From NCBI RefSeq assembly GCF_004010195.1, contig NC_057718.1, positions 54,472,749 through 54,536,748 on the forward strand: a stretch of DNA of 64,000 nucleotides, written 5' to 3'. The stretch's first letter is position 1. Each line of letters starts with the position of its first letter. The stretch is from Chiloscyllium plagiosum. Taxonomy: Eukaryota. Under the pieces are notes generated by a model that saw only the letters and a program-made list of their open reading frames with translations, ran no database searches and was not told where the DNA came from. The translations under genes were made by a program, and so were the position numbers. This document shows positions 25,196 to 37,239 of this stretch, piece by piece.

Positions 25196-27144
25196 CGTTG
25201 CAACAACTCTCTGCTTCAACAAGTTCATAAGCTCCACTTTGAAGAAGAGAAATGCAACAATCTTTGAAATAGCCATTTTCTGACAAAAGTCAAACAAGCT
25301 TTCAATCACAAAGAAGAACTCAAAATTAAGTCTCCTGCATAAAACAGTCATCTGTCCACCTACAAAAGCAAAAGAGCCAACAGCTGATGGTTCTCTTTGA
25401 AGACTGGAATAATAATGACATTACGAAAACCAAAGAGTTAGCATATCCACTTACATGGCCAACATGCATGAAGCCAGGAAGGGATATTGTATGGGAATTT
25501 ATGGAAAGGAGATCAGGAGAAAAGACAACAGGTCTATGGAATGAACCCAGTTTAAAAAGTACAGAGAGGAAGATGGAAGCAAAACTAGAAATAAAAATGG
25601 TTTACAGCAGTGAAGCAAGCAGAGCAGGCACCTTTTGGTGACAAAAAGCTCTATGAGCTCCTTGAGCTTCTCATTAGAGGTGAAAATTGAGGTGTAACGA
25701 TTAAATTATTTTTCAATAATTAATCATGTTGACTTGATCAAATAAACAAAAATTAAATTTGGATTTGTTTAATTGCAAACAGTTTATTTCAGGAAGCAAT
25801 CCAAATGGCTAGATCAAAAGTAAAGTTTAATGTTTTATTGCTTGTTTATAATTGAAGCTAATATAAACTTAAATTAACACTTGAGAATGCTTTGAAATGA
25901 GAAGCTTTGATTCAAGAACACAGCTATGTGTTAAAATACTTAAGTTTTGTAATTTACCACATGTATCACATGTCTGCATGTGAGCTTACGTACAGATGTA
26001 TCAATTTGACCTTTGGGTTGAGTTAACTCACTCAAAAGGTGACATCATATTCTCTAGGCCAGAAGTCTTTTTTGAATGTAAGTACAACCCAGCATCTCAT
26101 TCAAAGAAAACACAGAATACAGATATTTTTTAATGCTATATAAATGTTAAAGAAAGCATACACAATTCTTCATTTTGTCCTTGACTTGCCAAGTTTCTGT
26201 ATGACAAACTGTGACTATACGTTATCTGCCAGTACCTTCAAATCAGGATTGTAGTTTGAAAGTCCAGTCAAACAATTCACCAAATGGTTATCTGTGAGGC
26301 AAGTATGATATTTGGACTGAATTATCTCCATTCGGAAGAATGTCACCTTAGGAGGTATGTGGAATCAAAGTAAACTTTCATTTTGAAAGCAAAGCATGAT
26401 AGAAGTGGGTAGTTTTCTCTGTGAGTCCCCAGAAATCACTGTACCTTGATTGGACTTTCAGCTCAACATCATTTTCCACAGTATCTGCAGTATCAACTCC
26501 ACTTCTTTAAAAACAAATAGCTGATGGAACCGGTAACAAACCCACCAATGTCTACTTGGAGGAATGGATTTGAGACAAATATGACAATTTGTTCATCACA
26601 TCTAATTCCTGAAATCACCTGTTGAATTTCTGTTAATATCCTTGGGTTGTTTTTTAGGACAAATAATTTTCCTTTTATTCCAGTATTTTCTCCAGACTCG
26701 AGGACTACAGTCCCAATTTCAATTTGAACGCTTTCACAGCACTATTATGTGACAAGTTTCTTTCCTTTCAGAGATTTACAGTTCAGCTCATTCAGCTTTG
26801 AGACTATGTCTCTAAGGAGTCTGGAATCAAGCACATTGTCTGACAGTTCACTGCACTAGCTTAAAGGAGCTGTGGGAAACGATGGACAATGCTATAGAAA
26901 AAAAGCATATAAATGTGTTTAATGGAATGGAAAGGAGAAGCAATAGTGATTTACCAGTGCAGTGTCCAGAGGAGGAGAAGGCTACAAAAGAAAAAGACAA
27001 AGCTGCCAATGCACCAATGATGCCAGAATTACAGACAGCCAGACAGATCTCTTTGGAGTTGGATGCAATGGTGTTGCCAACAAGGTGTCAAGCATGTAAG
27101 CCAACACAGCAATCTGACAAAACTTGAGTAAAATCAGTCCTAAA

Positions 27145-27785
27145 TATATCCCTGAAGGTGTCAGCACAGTAAGCAGGGTGGTGAAGGTGGCATACAGGAT
27201 GCTTGCCTCAATTAGCTGGAGCGTAGAATACAGCAACAAAATGTCTTGTTACAACTTTACGAAACATTGGTTATGCCACAGATGAAATACTATATACAGT
27301 TCTGATTGCCACATGATTGGAAGGATGTGATTGCTCTGGAAAGGGTGCAGAGGAGATCCACCAGGTTGTTGCCTAGGATGAAAAGTTTCAGTTACGAGGA
27401 AAGACTGGATAAGCTGGGTTTGCTCTCCTTGGAGCAGAGGAGACTGAGAGGCTGAGCTGACTGAGGGCATAGAAAATTACGAGATGTATAAACAGACTGC
27501 ATCACAAGACTCTCTTCCCCATGGCAGATGTGTCTAATACCAGGGGGCATCAAAGTGAGGAGCAAGAGGTTTAGGGGAAATAAGGAATGTGCTGCCTGAG
27601 AAGACGGTGGAGGTAAAGATTCTCGCAACAATTAAGAAGCATCTGGAGGAGTACAAAAAATTATCAGGACTTAATAGGCTATGGACCAAATGCAGGTAAA
27701 TGGGATTAATTCAGTCTGATGTTTGTTGGTCAGCATGGACACAGTGGATTGAAGCATATTTCTATGCTGGATGACTTTATAGCCC
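27145..27785 (+). mobile_element. CR1 LINE 3' fragment
   Basis: Eroded GGAAGGATGTGATTGCTCTGGAAAGGGTGCAGAGGAGA... through to the 3' UTR. Confidence 0.75.
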
Positions 27786-28964
27786 TGTGAAATTGCAACT
27801 TGGATTGGAGGAGAAGTGGAACACGAGCTTTAGCTGTAAATTTCCTCAAAGACTCCTGCAAGCATTCAAGCAGTGATGGGAATGGAAGTTTTTGATAGGA
27901 TAAGACAGCAAAGTTCTGAATGAGCTCAGGTTTATGTAAGGTGAAAGATGGGACAACGACCAGGACTCCACTGGAATAGTCTACAGGTAATACAGACATA
28001 GAACAGAGTTTTAACAGCTGATGAGCCAACACATATTTTCTAATCAACCTGTTTAAGAGATGTTTTTAACCAATCTGTGGAGCAAGTGGGACTTGAACCT
28101 GGGCCTCCTAGCTAACATTGCACACAGAGCTCCTATTAACCACTGATTAACCACAACAGCAACAGTGATTATAGTGTTTTCATCACATAAAAGTTTAGTT
28201 GGCTTTTCTAATCAACTTGCTCTGAGTTATTACTACACAACACTAGAGCAGATTGAACTTGAACTCGGACCTCCTGGCCCAGAGGTACGGGCATTACCAC
28301 GGTGCCAAAAGGCCACCCTCAATGATGAGTTCTGGCAGGACGGAGACAGAAATGTTCGAGGTAAACATAGATGGTCTTAGCAATGAAGTACAGGTGCTGT
28401 CAAAAACTCATGTCTGGACAAAATAGGACACCTGGTTTGCAAATGTTATTTTTCAGCCTTAAACAAGAGTGAGGTCAAGCACTCAAACAGAGTTTTGACA
28501 AGGATTGAAAATAGTCTCCCTTGTAAAATTGCTGTTGTATACAGCTGTACATGTTAACTGTTTTTTGTAAACTGTGTTTTGTAATTGTTTAATAAAAAAA
28601 AAAATAAGGATAGAATAGGTGGGCCATTCCATCCAGCTGAACAGTAATGGGTAGGTCCTGGAAAAAGATATAGTAGTCAACCTCAAAGACGGCATGTAGG
28701 GTGGAAAGGATGGGGAGGAACAGTTTCTTTCACTCAAGTAGAATACCATTTATTAAAGGAGGTTTGAAGGCACTCAGACTGACGTTACAAGAAAAAGTGG
28801 GCAACATTTGGCTAGAAGAAAGAGAAGTTGGAGAGGGACATTAGTTTGCAAAACCACAATGTCTAGCGTGGATCTGTTTAAAGAGTGGAATGATGACAGT
28901 ATATTTCAAGAGGAGGGGAATAAGGTCTGAGGAAACGATTCACGTTATCAGATAACATAGGGAT

Positions 28965-29220
28965 TATAGAATCCTACAGTGTGGAAAGAGGCCATTCAAC
29001 CCACTGAGTCTGCACTAACCCTCTGAAGTGCATCCCGCCTAGACCTTTACCCTACACCCATAGCCCTACTTTTACCATGGCTTTCCTATTGACCCTGCAT
29101 ATTCCTGGACACTATGGAGCAATTTACCATGGCCAATGCACCTAACCTGTACATCTTTGGTCTGTGGGAAGAAACCCACCCGGATGCCGGGAGAACATGA
29201 AAACTCCACACAAACAGACA
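28965..29220 (-). mobile_element. Degenerate HE1/V-SINE fragment
   Basis: Similar to 54917-55200 (CACCTAACCTGTACATCTTTGG, AAACTCCACAC). Confidence 0.65.
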
Positions 29221-29407
29221 AAAGGTTGATACAAAAGGTTGGCTTTATCAACAGGGCTAGAATACAAATTAAACCATTCTTCAGTTATACTGAAGCCTGC
29301 TCAATTCAGAGCTGAACATTCAATTGTGGCTACCCAAACCCAAAGGATGGATTGGCCGTGCAAAGGCTACTGCACAAATTTCTCAAAATGATACCTAGGG
29401 CTATCAC

Positions 29408-29545
29408 TAAAATAAAACAAAGAACTGTAGATGCTGAAAATTTGAAATGAAAAAAATTGCTGGAGAAAGTTAGCAGATCTGGCAGCAATTGTGAAGAGAA
29501 AGTAGAGTTAACGTTTTGATTCTGGTGACCCCTCTTCAGCACCAT
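29408..29545 (-). mobile_element. PLE pLTR-type fragment with degenerate hammerhead
   Basis: Minus strand CTGAAGA-GGGGTC-ACCA-GAATC-AAAACGTTAA at 29539-29508, followed by the shared pLTR tail. Confidence 0.55.
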
Positions 29546-29797
29546 GACAAATCTGATTCTGCTGAACTGTCAATAAAAGGCAGTTAACAAAATTAAGACA
29601 GAATTCCAGAAAATTAAGACAGTAGAGGCATCATCTAACTTATTTGTTTGATATGGAGGTGCTGGTGTTGGACTGGGGTGTACAAAGTTGAAAATCACAT
29701 AACACAAGGTTATAGTCCAACAGATTTATTTGGAAGCATTAGCTTTCGTAGTGCTGCTCTGGAAGCCAGTGCTTCCAAATAAGCTTGTTGGATTATA

Positions 29798-29934
29798 TTC
29801 CTGAATTCCTGATGAAGGGCTTTTGCCCGAAACGTCGATTTTACTGCTCCTCGGATGCTGCCTGAACTGCTGTGCTCTTCCAGCACCACTAATCCAGAAT
29901 CTGGTTTCCAAAATCTGCAGTCATTGTTTTTACA
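29798..29934 (+). mobile_element. Short PLE-pLTR element (family A) nested in family B
   Basis: 13-bp TSD TTGTTGGATTATA at 29785-29797 and 29935-29947. Confidence 0.85.
29806..29840 (+). ncRNA. Minimal type I hammerhead ribozyme motif, intact core
   Basis: CTGATGA-A-GGGC-TTTT-GCCC-GAAA-CG-TC^GA: full catalytic core, 4-bp stem II, palindromic ACGT stem III, very short stem I. Confidence 0.8.
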
Positions 29935-30292
29935 TTGTTGGATTATAACCTGGTGTTGTGTGATTTTTAACTTTATTTGTTTGAAGTGATAAAAGGATTT
30001 CCCACAATGGGAAATTTAGAAGGAGGGAGCACTTTCCTAAATTAATGTAGTGAAAATATGGAACATTGTCTCTCTCCCCACCTACCTGCTAGACCACCCA
30101 ACACCCTACATGCATCGCCAGCCTGGGCCTGACCAGACCTCCCCCAGCACCAGACCCGAAATGACCCCCTCTCCGACCACCAGACCTGGTATATTGATCC
30201 CCATCAATATACCAGACCTCCCCTCCCCAGTACTGACACCTGCCCTCCCTAACCTGATTTCTTCTATCCACATTGACCTAATCTAAGTACTT

Positions 30293-30495
30293 GGAGATAG
30301 CAAGGACTGCAGATGCTGGAATGTTGGAGTTGATAAAATGTGGAACTAGAAAATGCATAGCAAGTCAAGCATCAAAGAAGCAGAACAGTCAATATTTCAG
30401 GTCAGGATCTTTCAACTGAAAAGTCGACTCTCCTGCTCTTTTGATGCTGCTTGACCTTCTGTGCTTTTTCCAGCTCCACATCTTATCGACTCTAA
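30293..30495. mobile_element. Fold-back pLTR-derived element (family A)
   Basis: Imperfect arms (GAGTTGATAAAATGTGGAACTAGAAAA..AGCATCAAAGAAGCAG / CTGCTCTTTTGATGCT..TTTTCCAGCTCCACATCTTATCGACTC); centre near eroded hammerhead remnants. Confidence 0.7.
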
Positions 30496-30639
30496 TCTAA
30501 ATACTGCATCACTTACTTGGCCCCTTTGCCATCTGGAAGCTGAACTGCTTCCCACATGGCATTCTTCCCCAAACCTGACATCCTACTTACATGGCATTCT
30601 ACCACCTAATCATTTAGCACTTACTTACCTTGAACCTAC

Positions 30640-31423
30640 TGTTACAAAGCCGAAAGAGTGTATGGTCACTTTAAGATAGAAAGTGTTTTCTGAATTTTAA
30701 GTACAGCTACAGCTGCCAGTATAGAGAACAGCTAAGAGACTGGCTGTTCCAAAATAGATCCATGTGACAATTAAATGGCTGCTGTTTTGACAATTCAAAT
30801 TTAAATTAATTGGTTAAATTATGCTGATGATACTAAAACACAATTGAGTTTCAAGTTATTGAATTCACAACATGATGACCAATGACAGGGTATGATGTTG
30901 CGCGGTATAAATTACGAGGGCACTTTAAAATTTGGTCAGAGCAACTGCCACAGAGTCGGACAGCAAATGCCATCCAAGAAAATAAACATCTTGCCCTCAA
31001 AGAAATCTCAGAAGGCACTATCAAAAGATACCTTTTCTTGTAAAAGCAATAATAAGTGAAAAGATGACCCAGGGAGAAGACAGTAGAATTGGAAGACTGG
31101 AAGAAAGACAGCATAAGAGACTGTATGGACTCTGAGTAATTAAGTTAATGTAATTTTAACCATTGCGTTATTGGAACAACATATTAATAGAATTGGGGTC
31201 AGCTAAGCAATAGTGGTTAATTGGGGGAAGAGTGCTCGGTTTGTTAATAGTTTTGGTTAGTGTTCACAGTTAGGATTAAATAAATAAATTGTTACTTTCT
31301 ATTTATACAGTGGAAATCAAGGATCTTCTTTCATTCGCACATTTTTAACAGTAGAAAGTGAGGCGATCACCTCTGGGTATTTTAGTTTAATTAGCAGACG
31401 GGTTTGACTTCCATGTCATAATA
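30640..31423 (+). mobile_element. Solo LTR (784 bp)
   Basis: TGTTAC start, ...GTCATAATA end (CA mutated to TA); 4-bp TSD CTAC at 30636-30639 and 31424-31427; CCAAT 30879-30883, TATAAA 30906-30911, AATAAA 31279-31288. Confidence 0.75.
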
Positions 31424-31679
31424 CTACCACTCTACCCATCTGGAAGCCTACAATCCCAGCAACCAAACATCACACTTACATTATGTACTTACCGTTTGAC
31501 AGCAGTTGTCAAAGTGGCATTCATGATATTTAAATTTCAGAATTTGACAGCTGATTGCTGTGAGAAGTGGGCATAGTTTGCTTTCCCCACAGTTCAACAA
31601 TACAAAACAAACCTATTAGAATACAGAGGTTCATTCTTTCATGACAAAAAAAATGGAATGGAAAATCTGGCCTGATGTT

Positions 31680-31975
31680 TCCACTTGTGGGTGAGTCCAG
31701 AATTAGAGAACAACGTATTAAAATACTGCTTGCCCTTTTGGGCAGAGATGAAGAGAAATATTTTCTCTCAAAGGGTTGTGAAACTTCAGAATTCTCTAGC
31801 TGGATGGAAGCATGGCCATGAAATATTTTTAAGGCAAATCCTTGTTTGGCAAGGGAATCAAAGGTTATCGGAGTTAGACGGAAATGTGCGAATTCAAAAT
31901 GCAACAGATCCGCCGTGATCTTATTGAACCACAATGCAAGTTCGAGGGCCGAATAGTCTATTTTTGCATGTGTGT
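31680..31975 (+). mobile_element. Old CR1 3' fragment
   Basis: EMKRNIFSQRVVKLQNSL motif. Confidence 0.65.
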
Positions 31976-32184
31976 TCATACTCCCTAAAGATTGACCCTG
32001 AACCTGTGCTCCAGTATCCAAGAAGCCGTGTTGTTTGTTTCGAACAACTTCCTGATCCCATTGGAAAAAGCGCTATAGTTTGACACACTGAAAGGACGTA
32101 CATAAGGAAAAGGTAGACAGACATAAAGCACGGTTACCATTCCGGGTTTAAACCAATTCTTGAACAGCCACACGATTACAATGA

Positions 32185-32350
32185 ATAAAAACAGAAAATG
32201 CTGCAAATACTCACCAGGCCAGGCAGTATCGGAACAGCAGCTGCAGGACTACCAACCTGAAACTTTAATTCTCTTTTTCTCTCCGCAGATGATGCCAGAC
32301 CGTTTGCGTGTTTCCTAAGTTTTCTGTAGAGTTTCCAGCATTCGTGATGT
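32185..32350. mobile_element. Old fold-back pLTR-like element
   Basis: AAAACAGAAAATGCTGCAAATACTC..GGCAGTATC versus GATGATGCCAGACC..TTTCCAGCATTCGTGATGTTTT; imperfect arms. Confidence 0.5.
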
Positions 32351-32579
32351 TTTGCTTTTGTGTCAACACTGACATGAACTTCACTTTAAACGATGGCAAT
32401 GAACGAGCAGTCGATAGGTTTCCTCCAGATGCAACACCCCTCACAATCTGGCTCTGCTACGAAAGCACAGTTAAAGGAACGAATGGAAATAGAACCAGAA
32501 AATAAAGTCCATTGCCCAGAAATGCCTGAATGCTCCGTTACCAAGAATCATCATCACCTCGAGACTCAACTTCCTGTTG

Positions 32580-33110
32580 AGCCGAAACCTCGCCAGTGCA
32601 TGTGCGCATGCCCGCTGGCTCGCGCACGTGGCTGGTAACGAATTCGTATGTCGAGCACTAGCCCTTCAGTGATAGGTGGAATCGGGGGCAGGGCGTGTGG
32701 GCTGCCGGGGACTGTAGTCCGCACGGCGCGAGGTCACGTGATATACGTCGGCTGCAGAACTACATTTCCCATGAGGGTTTTGGGGCGCCGTACCGTGCGT
32801 GCATGCGCGGTGCATCCGTTGGTGAGTCGGTTCTTGGGCTGATCGTGGCGGAGACGGTGATCGGTCGGTTTACGGTTAAGAAAGGACGCGGTCGCTGTGC
32901 TGGAGGAAGGTGTCGGCATGTGGATATTCGGGTACGGCTCGCTGATCTGGAAAGTGGATTTCCCTTATCAGGAGAAGTTGGTGGGTTACATTCGGGGCTA
33001 CATCCGTCGATTCTGGCAGGGCAGCACCGACCACCGGGGTGTCCCGGGCAAGGTGAGTCAGGGTAGGCGGCACCGGCACTGGCTGCTCCGAATAACCGTC
33101 CCCAGAAGTG
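32580..33110. promoter_or_regulatory. CpG-island promoter of CHAC2 (possibly bidirectional)
   Basis: Sharp CpG enrichment; NRF1-like TGCGCATGC (~32603); CACGTG (32625); ZNF143/THAP11-type ACTACAnnTCCC at 32718-32708 (-) and 32759-32770 (+); GTCACGTG 32733-32740. Confidence 0.85.
32918..33052 (+). CDS. CHAC2: CHAC2 glutathione-specific gamma-glutamylcyclotransferase 2, exon 1 (135 nt)
   Basis: [45 protein letters not shown]; ChaC signature FGYGSL; AAG|GTGAGT donor. Confidence 0.97.
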
Positions 33111-33336
33111 ACGGCTGTTTAAATCCTGGCGGCTGCCAGTGGGGCTGGAAGGTGTTCCTTCTCAGCCACCTTCCAAATCTTTAGGAGCAGCTGTGTCTCC
33201 TTGTCCAAGCCGCAGAGCTTCCCTGAGGGTTCCCTCTTCTCCATGAGTCACACATCTGCTCAGTAAGCATTTGGAGCAGTGCAGACAGGACTTGTCCCTT
33301 ATGCTAGATACGTAAACAGCCAATGTCTAGAATAAG

Positions 33337-33426
33337 AGTCGAGAGTGTGGTGCTGGAAAAGCACAGCCGGTCAAGCACCACACTCTCGACTTTAATCTCC
33401 AGCATCTGCATTCCTCACTTTCGCAT
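33337..33426. mobile_element. Short fold-back pLTR element
   Basis: Arms GTCGAGAGTGTGGTGCT / AGCACCACACTCTCGAC; 15-bp TSD AATGTCTAGAATAAG at 33322-33336 and 33427-33441. Confidence 0.85.
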
Positions 33427-33580
33427 AATGTCTAGAATAAGTCTAGGCCAATAATATTTGCCTGGCACCATAGCATATGTGACACTAAACAAAACTAAAG
33501 AACTGCAAATTCTGGAAATCAGAAACGCAAGCTGGAAGAACAACTCATTTTCCGTTTGGGGATAGCCTTCAGGCCTTAAT

Positions 33581-33690
33581 TAGGAGAAAGTCAGGACTGT
33601 AGGTGCTGGAGTTGGAAAGGCACAGCAGATCAGGCAGCATCCAAGGAGCAGGATGCTACCTGACCTGCTGTGCTTTTCTGGCAGCACCCT
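33581..33690. mobile_element. Fold-back pLTR element (family A)
   Basis: GCACAGCAGATCAGGCAGCATCC / GGATGCTACCTGACCTGCTGTGC inverted pair. Confidence 0.7.
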
Positions 33691-33994
33691 TTTGAATCCT
33701 CAGATCTCGATGTAGACTTCAACAATTTTTATGGCCAGACCATCTTCTTTGTCATCATCTGGGAAGCTACCAAAATGAGCATGAATCAAACATAAGTAAA
33801 TCATACTATTAGTCTTTGGCCTAATTTTCGCAATAAGCAGTGAAGTAACCATGGTTTACTGTTGATCTCAAAGCTGACTGCAGGAAGTTAAATGCATTAT
33901 TCACCGTAGGGTTTTATTTAAACTTCAGAGTGTTCAATAAATAATTAGGGCATACAGGTATTGAGACTGGCTCTAATGCAACAAGGGGTACATC

Positions 33995-36900
33995 AGGTTT
34001 CAAGTGATCAATTGTGTTAGGGGATTCTCTAGTCCAAGGTACAAACAGATGTTTCTGTGGCCAGCAGTGAAAAAGCAGGGTGGTGTGTTGCTTTCCTGGT
34101 GCCAGGACAAGGATGTCTCAGAGAGAGTGCAGAATGTGCTCACTGGGGAGAGGAGCCAGCAAGAGGTCATTGTCCACATTGGAACCAACGACATTGGAAG
34201 GGAAAAGTTTGAGATTCTGAAGGGAGATTACAGAGACTTAGGCAGAAATTTAAACAGGAGGTCCTTGAGAGTAGTAATATCAGGATTATTCTTGGTGCTA
34301 CGAGCTAGTGAGGGCAGGAATAGGAGGATAGAGCAGATGAATGCATGGCTGAGGAGCTGTGTATGGAAGAAGGATTCATATTTTTGGACCATTGGAATCT
34401 CTTTTGGGGTAGAAGTGACCTGTACAAGAAGGACGGGTTGCACCCAAATTGGAAGGGGACTAAAATACTGACAGAGAGATTTGCAAGAGCTGCTCGGGAG
34501 GATTTAAACTAGTAAGAGCACTCGGGGAGATAGTGAGGAAGGAGATCAATCTGAGACTTGTACATTTGAGAATAGAAGTGAGTCAAACAGTCAGAGCAGG
34601 CACGGACAAGGTAGGACTAATAAATTAAACTGCATTTATTTCAATGCAAGGGACCTAACAGGGAAGGCAGATGAACTCAGGGCATGGTTAGGAACATGGC
34701 ACTGGGATATTATAGCAATTACAGAAACATGGCTCAGGGATGGGCAGGACAGGCAGCTTAATGTTCCAGGATACAAATGCTACAGGAATGATAGAAAAGG
34801 AGGCAAGAGAGGAAGAGGGGTAGCATTTTTGATAATGGATAGCATTACAGCTGTACTGAGGGAGGATAGTCCCGGAAATACATCCAGGGAAGTTATTTGG
34901 GTGGAACTGAGAAATAAGAAAGGGATGATCACCTTATAGGGATTGTATTATAGACCCCCGAATAGTCAGAGGGAAATTGAGAAACGAACTTGTAAGGAGA
35001 TCTCAGCTATCTGTAAGAATAATAGGTGGTTATGGTAGGGGATTTTAACTTTCCAAACATAGACTGGGACTGCCATACTGTTAAGGGTTTAGATGGAGAG
35101 GAATTTGTTAAGTGTGTACAAGACAATTTTCTGATGCAGTATGTGGATGTACCAACGAGAAGGTGCAACACTTGACCTACTCTTGGCAAATAAAGCAGGG
35201 CAGGTGACTGAGATGTCAGTGGGGAGCACTTTGGGGCCAGTGACCATAATTCTATTAGATTTAAAATAGTGATGGAAAAGGATAGACCAGATCTAAAAGT
35301 TGAAGGTCTAAATTGGAGAAAGGCCAATTTTGATGGGATTAGGCAAGAACTTTGGAAAACTGATTGGGGGCAGATGTTCGCAGGTAAAGGGGCAGCTGGA
35401 AAATGGGAAGCCTTCAGAAATGAAATAACGAGAATCCAGAGAAAGTATACTCCTGTTAGGGTGAAAGGAAAGGCTGGTAGGTATAGGGAATGCTGGATGA
35501 CTAAAAAATTGAGGGTTTGGTTGAGAAAAAGAAGGAAGCATATGTAAGGTATAGACAGGATAGATCGAGTGAATCCTTAGAAGAGTATAAAGGAAGGAGG
35601 AGTATACTAAAGAGGGAAATCAGGAGGGCAGAAAGGGGACATGAGATAGCTTTGGTAAATAGAATTAAGGAGAATCCAAAGAGATTTAACAAATACATTA
35701 AGGACAAGGGTAACGAGGGAGAGAATAGGGCCCCTCAAAGATAAGCAAGGTGGCCTTTGTGTGGAGCAGCAGAACATAGGGGAGATATTAAATGAGTATT
35801 TTGCATCAGTATTTACTGTGGAAAAGGATATGGAAGATATAGACTGTTGGGAAATAGATGGTGACATCTTGCAAAATGTCCATATTACAGAGGAGGAAGT
35901 GCTGGATGTCTTGAAATGAGTAAAGGTGGATAAATCCCCAGGACCTGATCAGGTGTACCCNNNNNNNNNNNNNNNNNNNNNNNNNNNNNNNNNNNNNNNN
36001 NNNNNNNNNNNNNNNNNNNNNNNNNNNNNNNNNNNNNNNNNNNNNNNNNNNNNNNNNNNNNNNNNNNNNNNNNNNNNNNNNNNNNNNNNNNNNNNNNNNN
36101 NNNNNNNNATACAGAACTGGCTCAAAGGTAGAAGACAGAGGGTGATGGTGGAGGGTTGTTTTTCACACTGGAGGCCTGTGACCAGTGGAGTGCCACAAGG
36201 ATCGGTGCTGGGCCTTCTACTTTTTGTCATTTACATAAATGATTTGGATATGAGCATAAGAGGTACAGTTAGTAAGTTTGCAGACGACACCAAATTTGGA
36301 GGTGTAGTAGACAGCAAAGAGAGTTACCTCAGATTACAACAGGATCTTGACCAAATGGGCTGAGAAGTGGCAGATGGAGTTTAATTCAGATAAATGTGAG
36401 GTGCTGCATTTTGAGAAAGCAAATCTTAGCAGGACTTATACACCTAATGGTAAGGTCCTAGGGAGTGTTGCTGAACAAAGAGACCTTGGAGTGCAGGTTC
36501 ATAGCTCCTTGAAAGTGGAGTCGCAGGTAGAAAGGATAATGAAGGAGGCATTTGGTATGCTTTCCTGTATTGGTCAGTGTATTGAGTACAGGAGTCGGGA
36601 GATCATGTTGCGGCTGTATAGGACATTGATTAGGCCACTGTTGGAATATTGAATGCAGTTCAGGTCTCCTTCCTATCGGAAAGATGTTGTGAAACCGGAA
36701 AGATGTTGTGAAACCTGAAAGGGTTTAGAAAAGATTTACAAGGATGTTGCCAGGGTGGAGGATTTGAGCTATAGGGAGAGGCTGAACAGGTTGAGGCTGT
36801 TTTTCCTGGAGGGTCGGAGGCTGAGGGGTGACCTTATAGAGGTTTACAAAATTATGAGGGGCTTGGATAGGGTAAATAGACAAAGTCTTTTCCCTGGGGT

Positions 36901-37197
36901 GGGCGGAGTCCAGAACTAGAGGGTATAGGTTTAGGGTGAGAGGGGAAAGATATAAAAGAGACCTCAGGGACAACGTTTTCACACACAGCGTGGTACGTGT
37001 ATAGAATGATCTGCCAGAGGAAGAGGTGGAGGCTGGTACAATTGCAACATTTAAGAGGTATTTGGATGGGTATATGAATGGGAAGGGTTTGGAGGGATAT
37101 GGGCCAGGTGCTGGCAGGTGGGACTAGATTGGGTTGGGATATCTGGTCGGCATGGACCGAAGGGTCTGTTTCCATGCTGTACATCTCTGACTCTAAG
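33995..37197 (+). mobile_element. Long CR1 LINE: ORF1 esterase domain, ORF2 APE + RT, 3' tail; inactivated
   Basis: ORF 34004..34471 VIVHIGTNDIGR..VVISG (SGNH/GDSL-like ORF1); YFNAR..ELRA..IIAITETWL endonuclease start at ~34635; [23 protein letters not shown]; tail CTGTACATCTCTGACTCTA. Confidence 0.93.
35961..36108. other. Assembly gap (148 N)
   Basis: Run of N inside the CR1 copy. Confidence 1.
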
Positions 37198-37239
37198 CGC
37201 ATATCACTCTACTAAAGGCCATTTTTGCTCCTTCACAAT

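Larger units (their letters stand above)
29652..29972. mobile_element. Fold-back PLE-derived element (family B) with nested insertion
   Basis: Arms AAAATCACATAACACAAGGTTATAGTCCAACA / TGTTGGATTATAACCTGGTGTTGTGTGATTTT; 12-bp TSD TTATTTGTTTGA at 29640-29651 and 29973-29984. Confidence 0.8.

Noticed and set aside
26150-26820. Coding-looking composition on the minus strand
   Set aside because: Frequent stops and no identifiable domain or splice pattern.
30070-30290. C-rich region with repeated CCAGACC units
   Set aside because: Irregular low-complexity or degenerate repeat with no constant period.
32897-32917. Upstream GTG extension of CHAC2 in the ORF track
   Set aside because: Homologues start at MW(V/I)FGYGSL; ATG 32918 gives the expected 184 aa.
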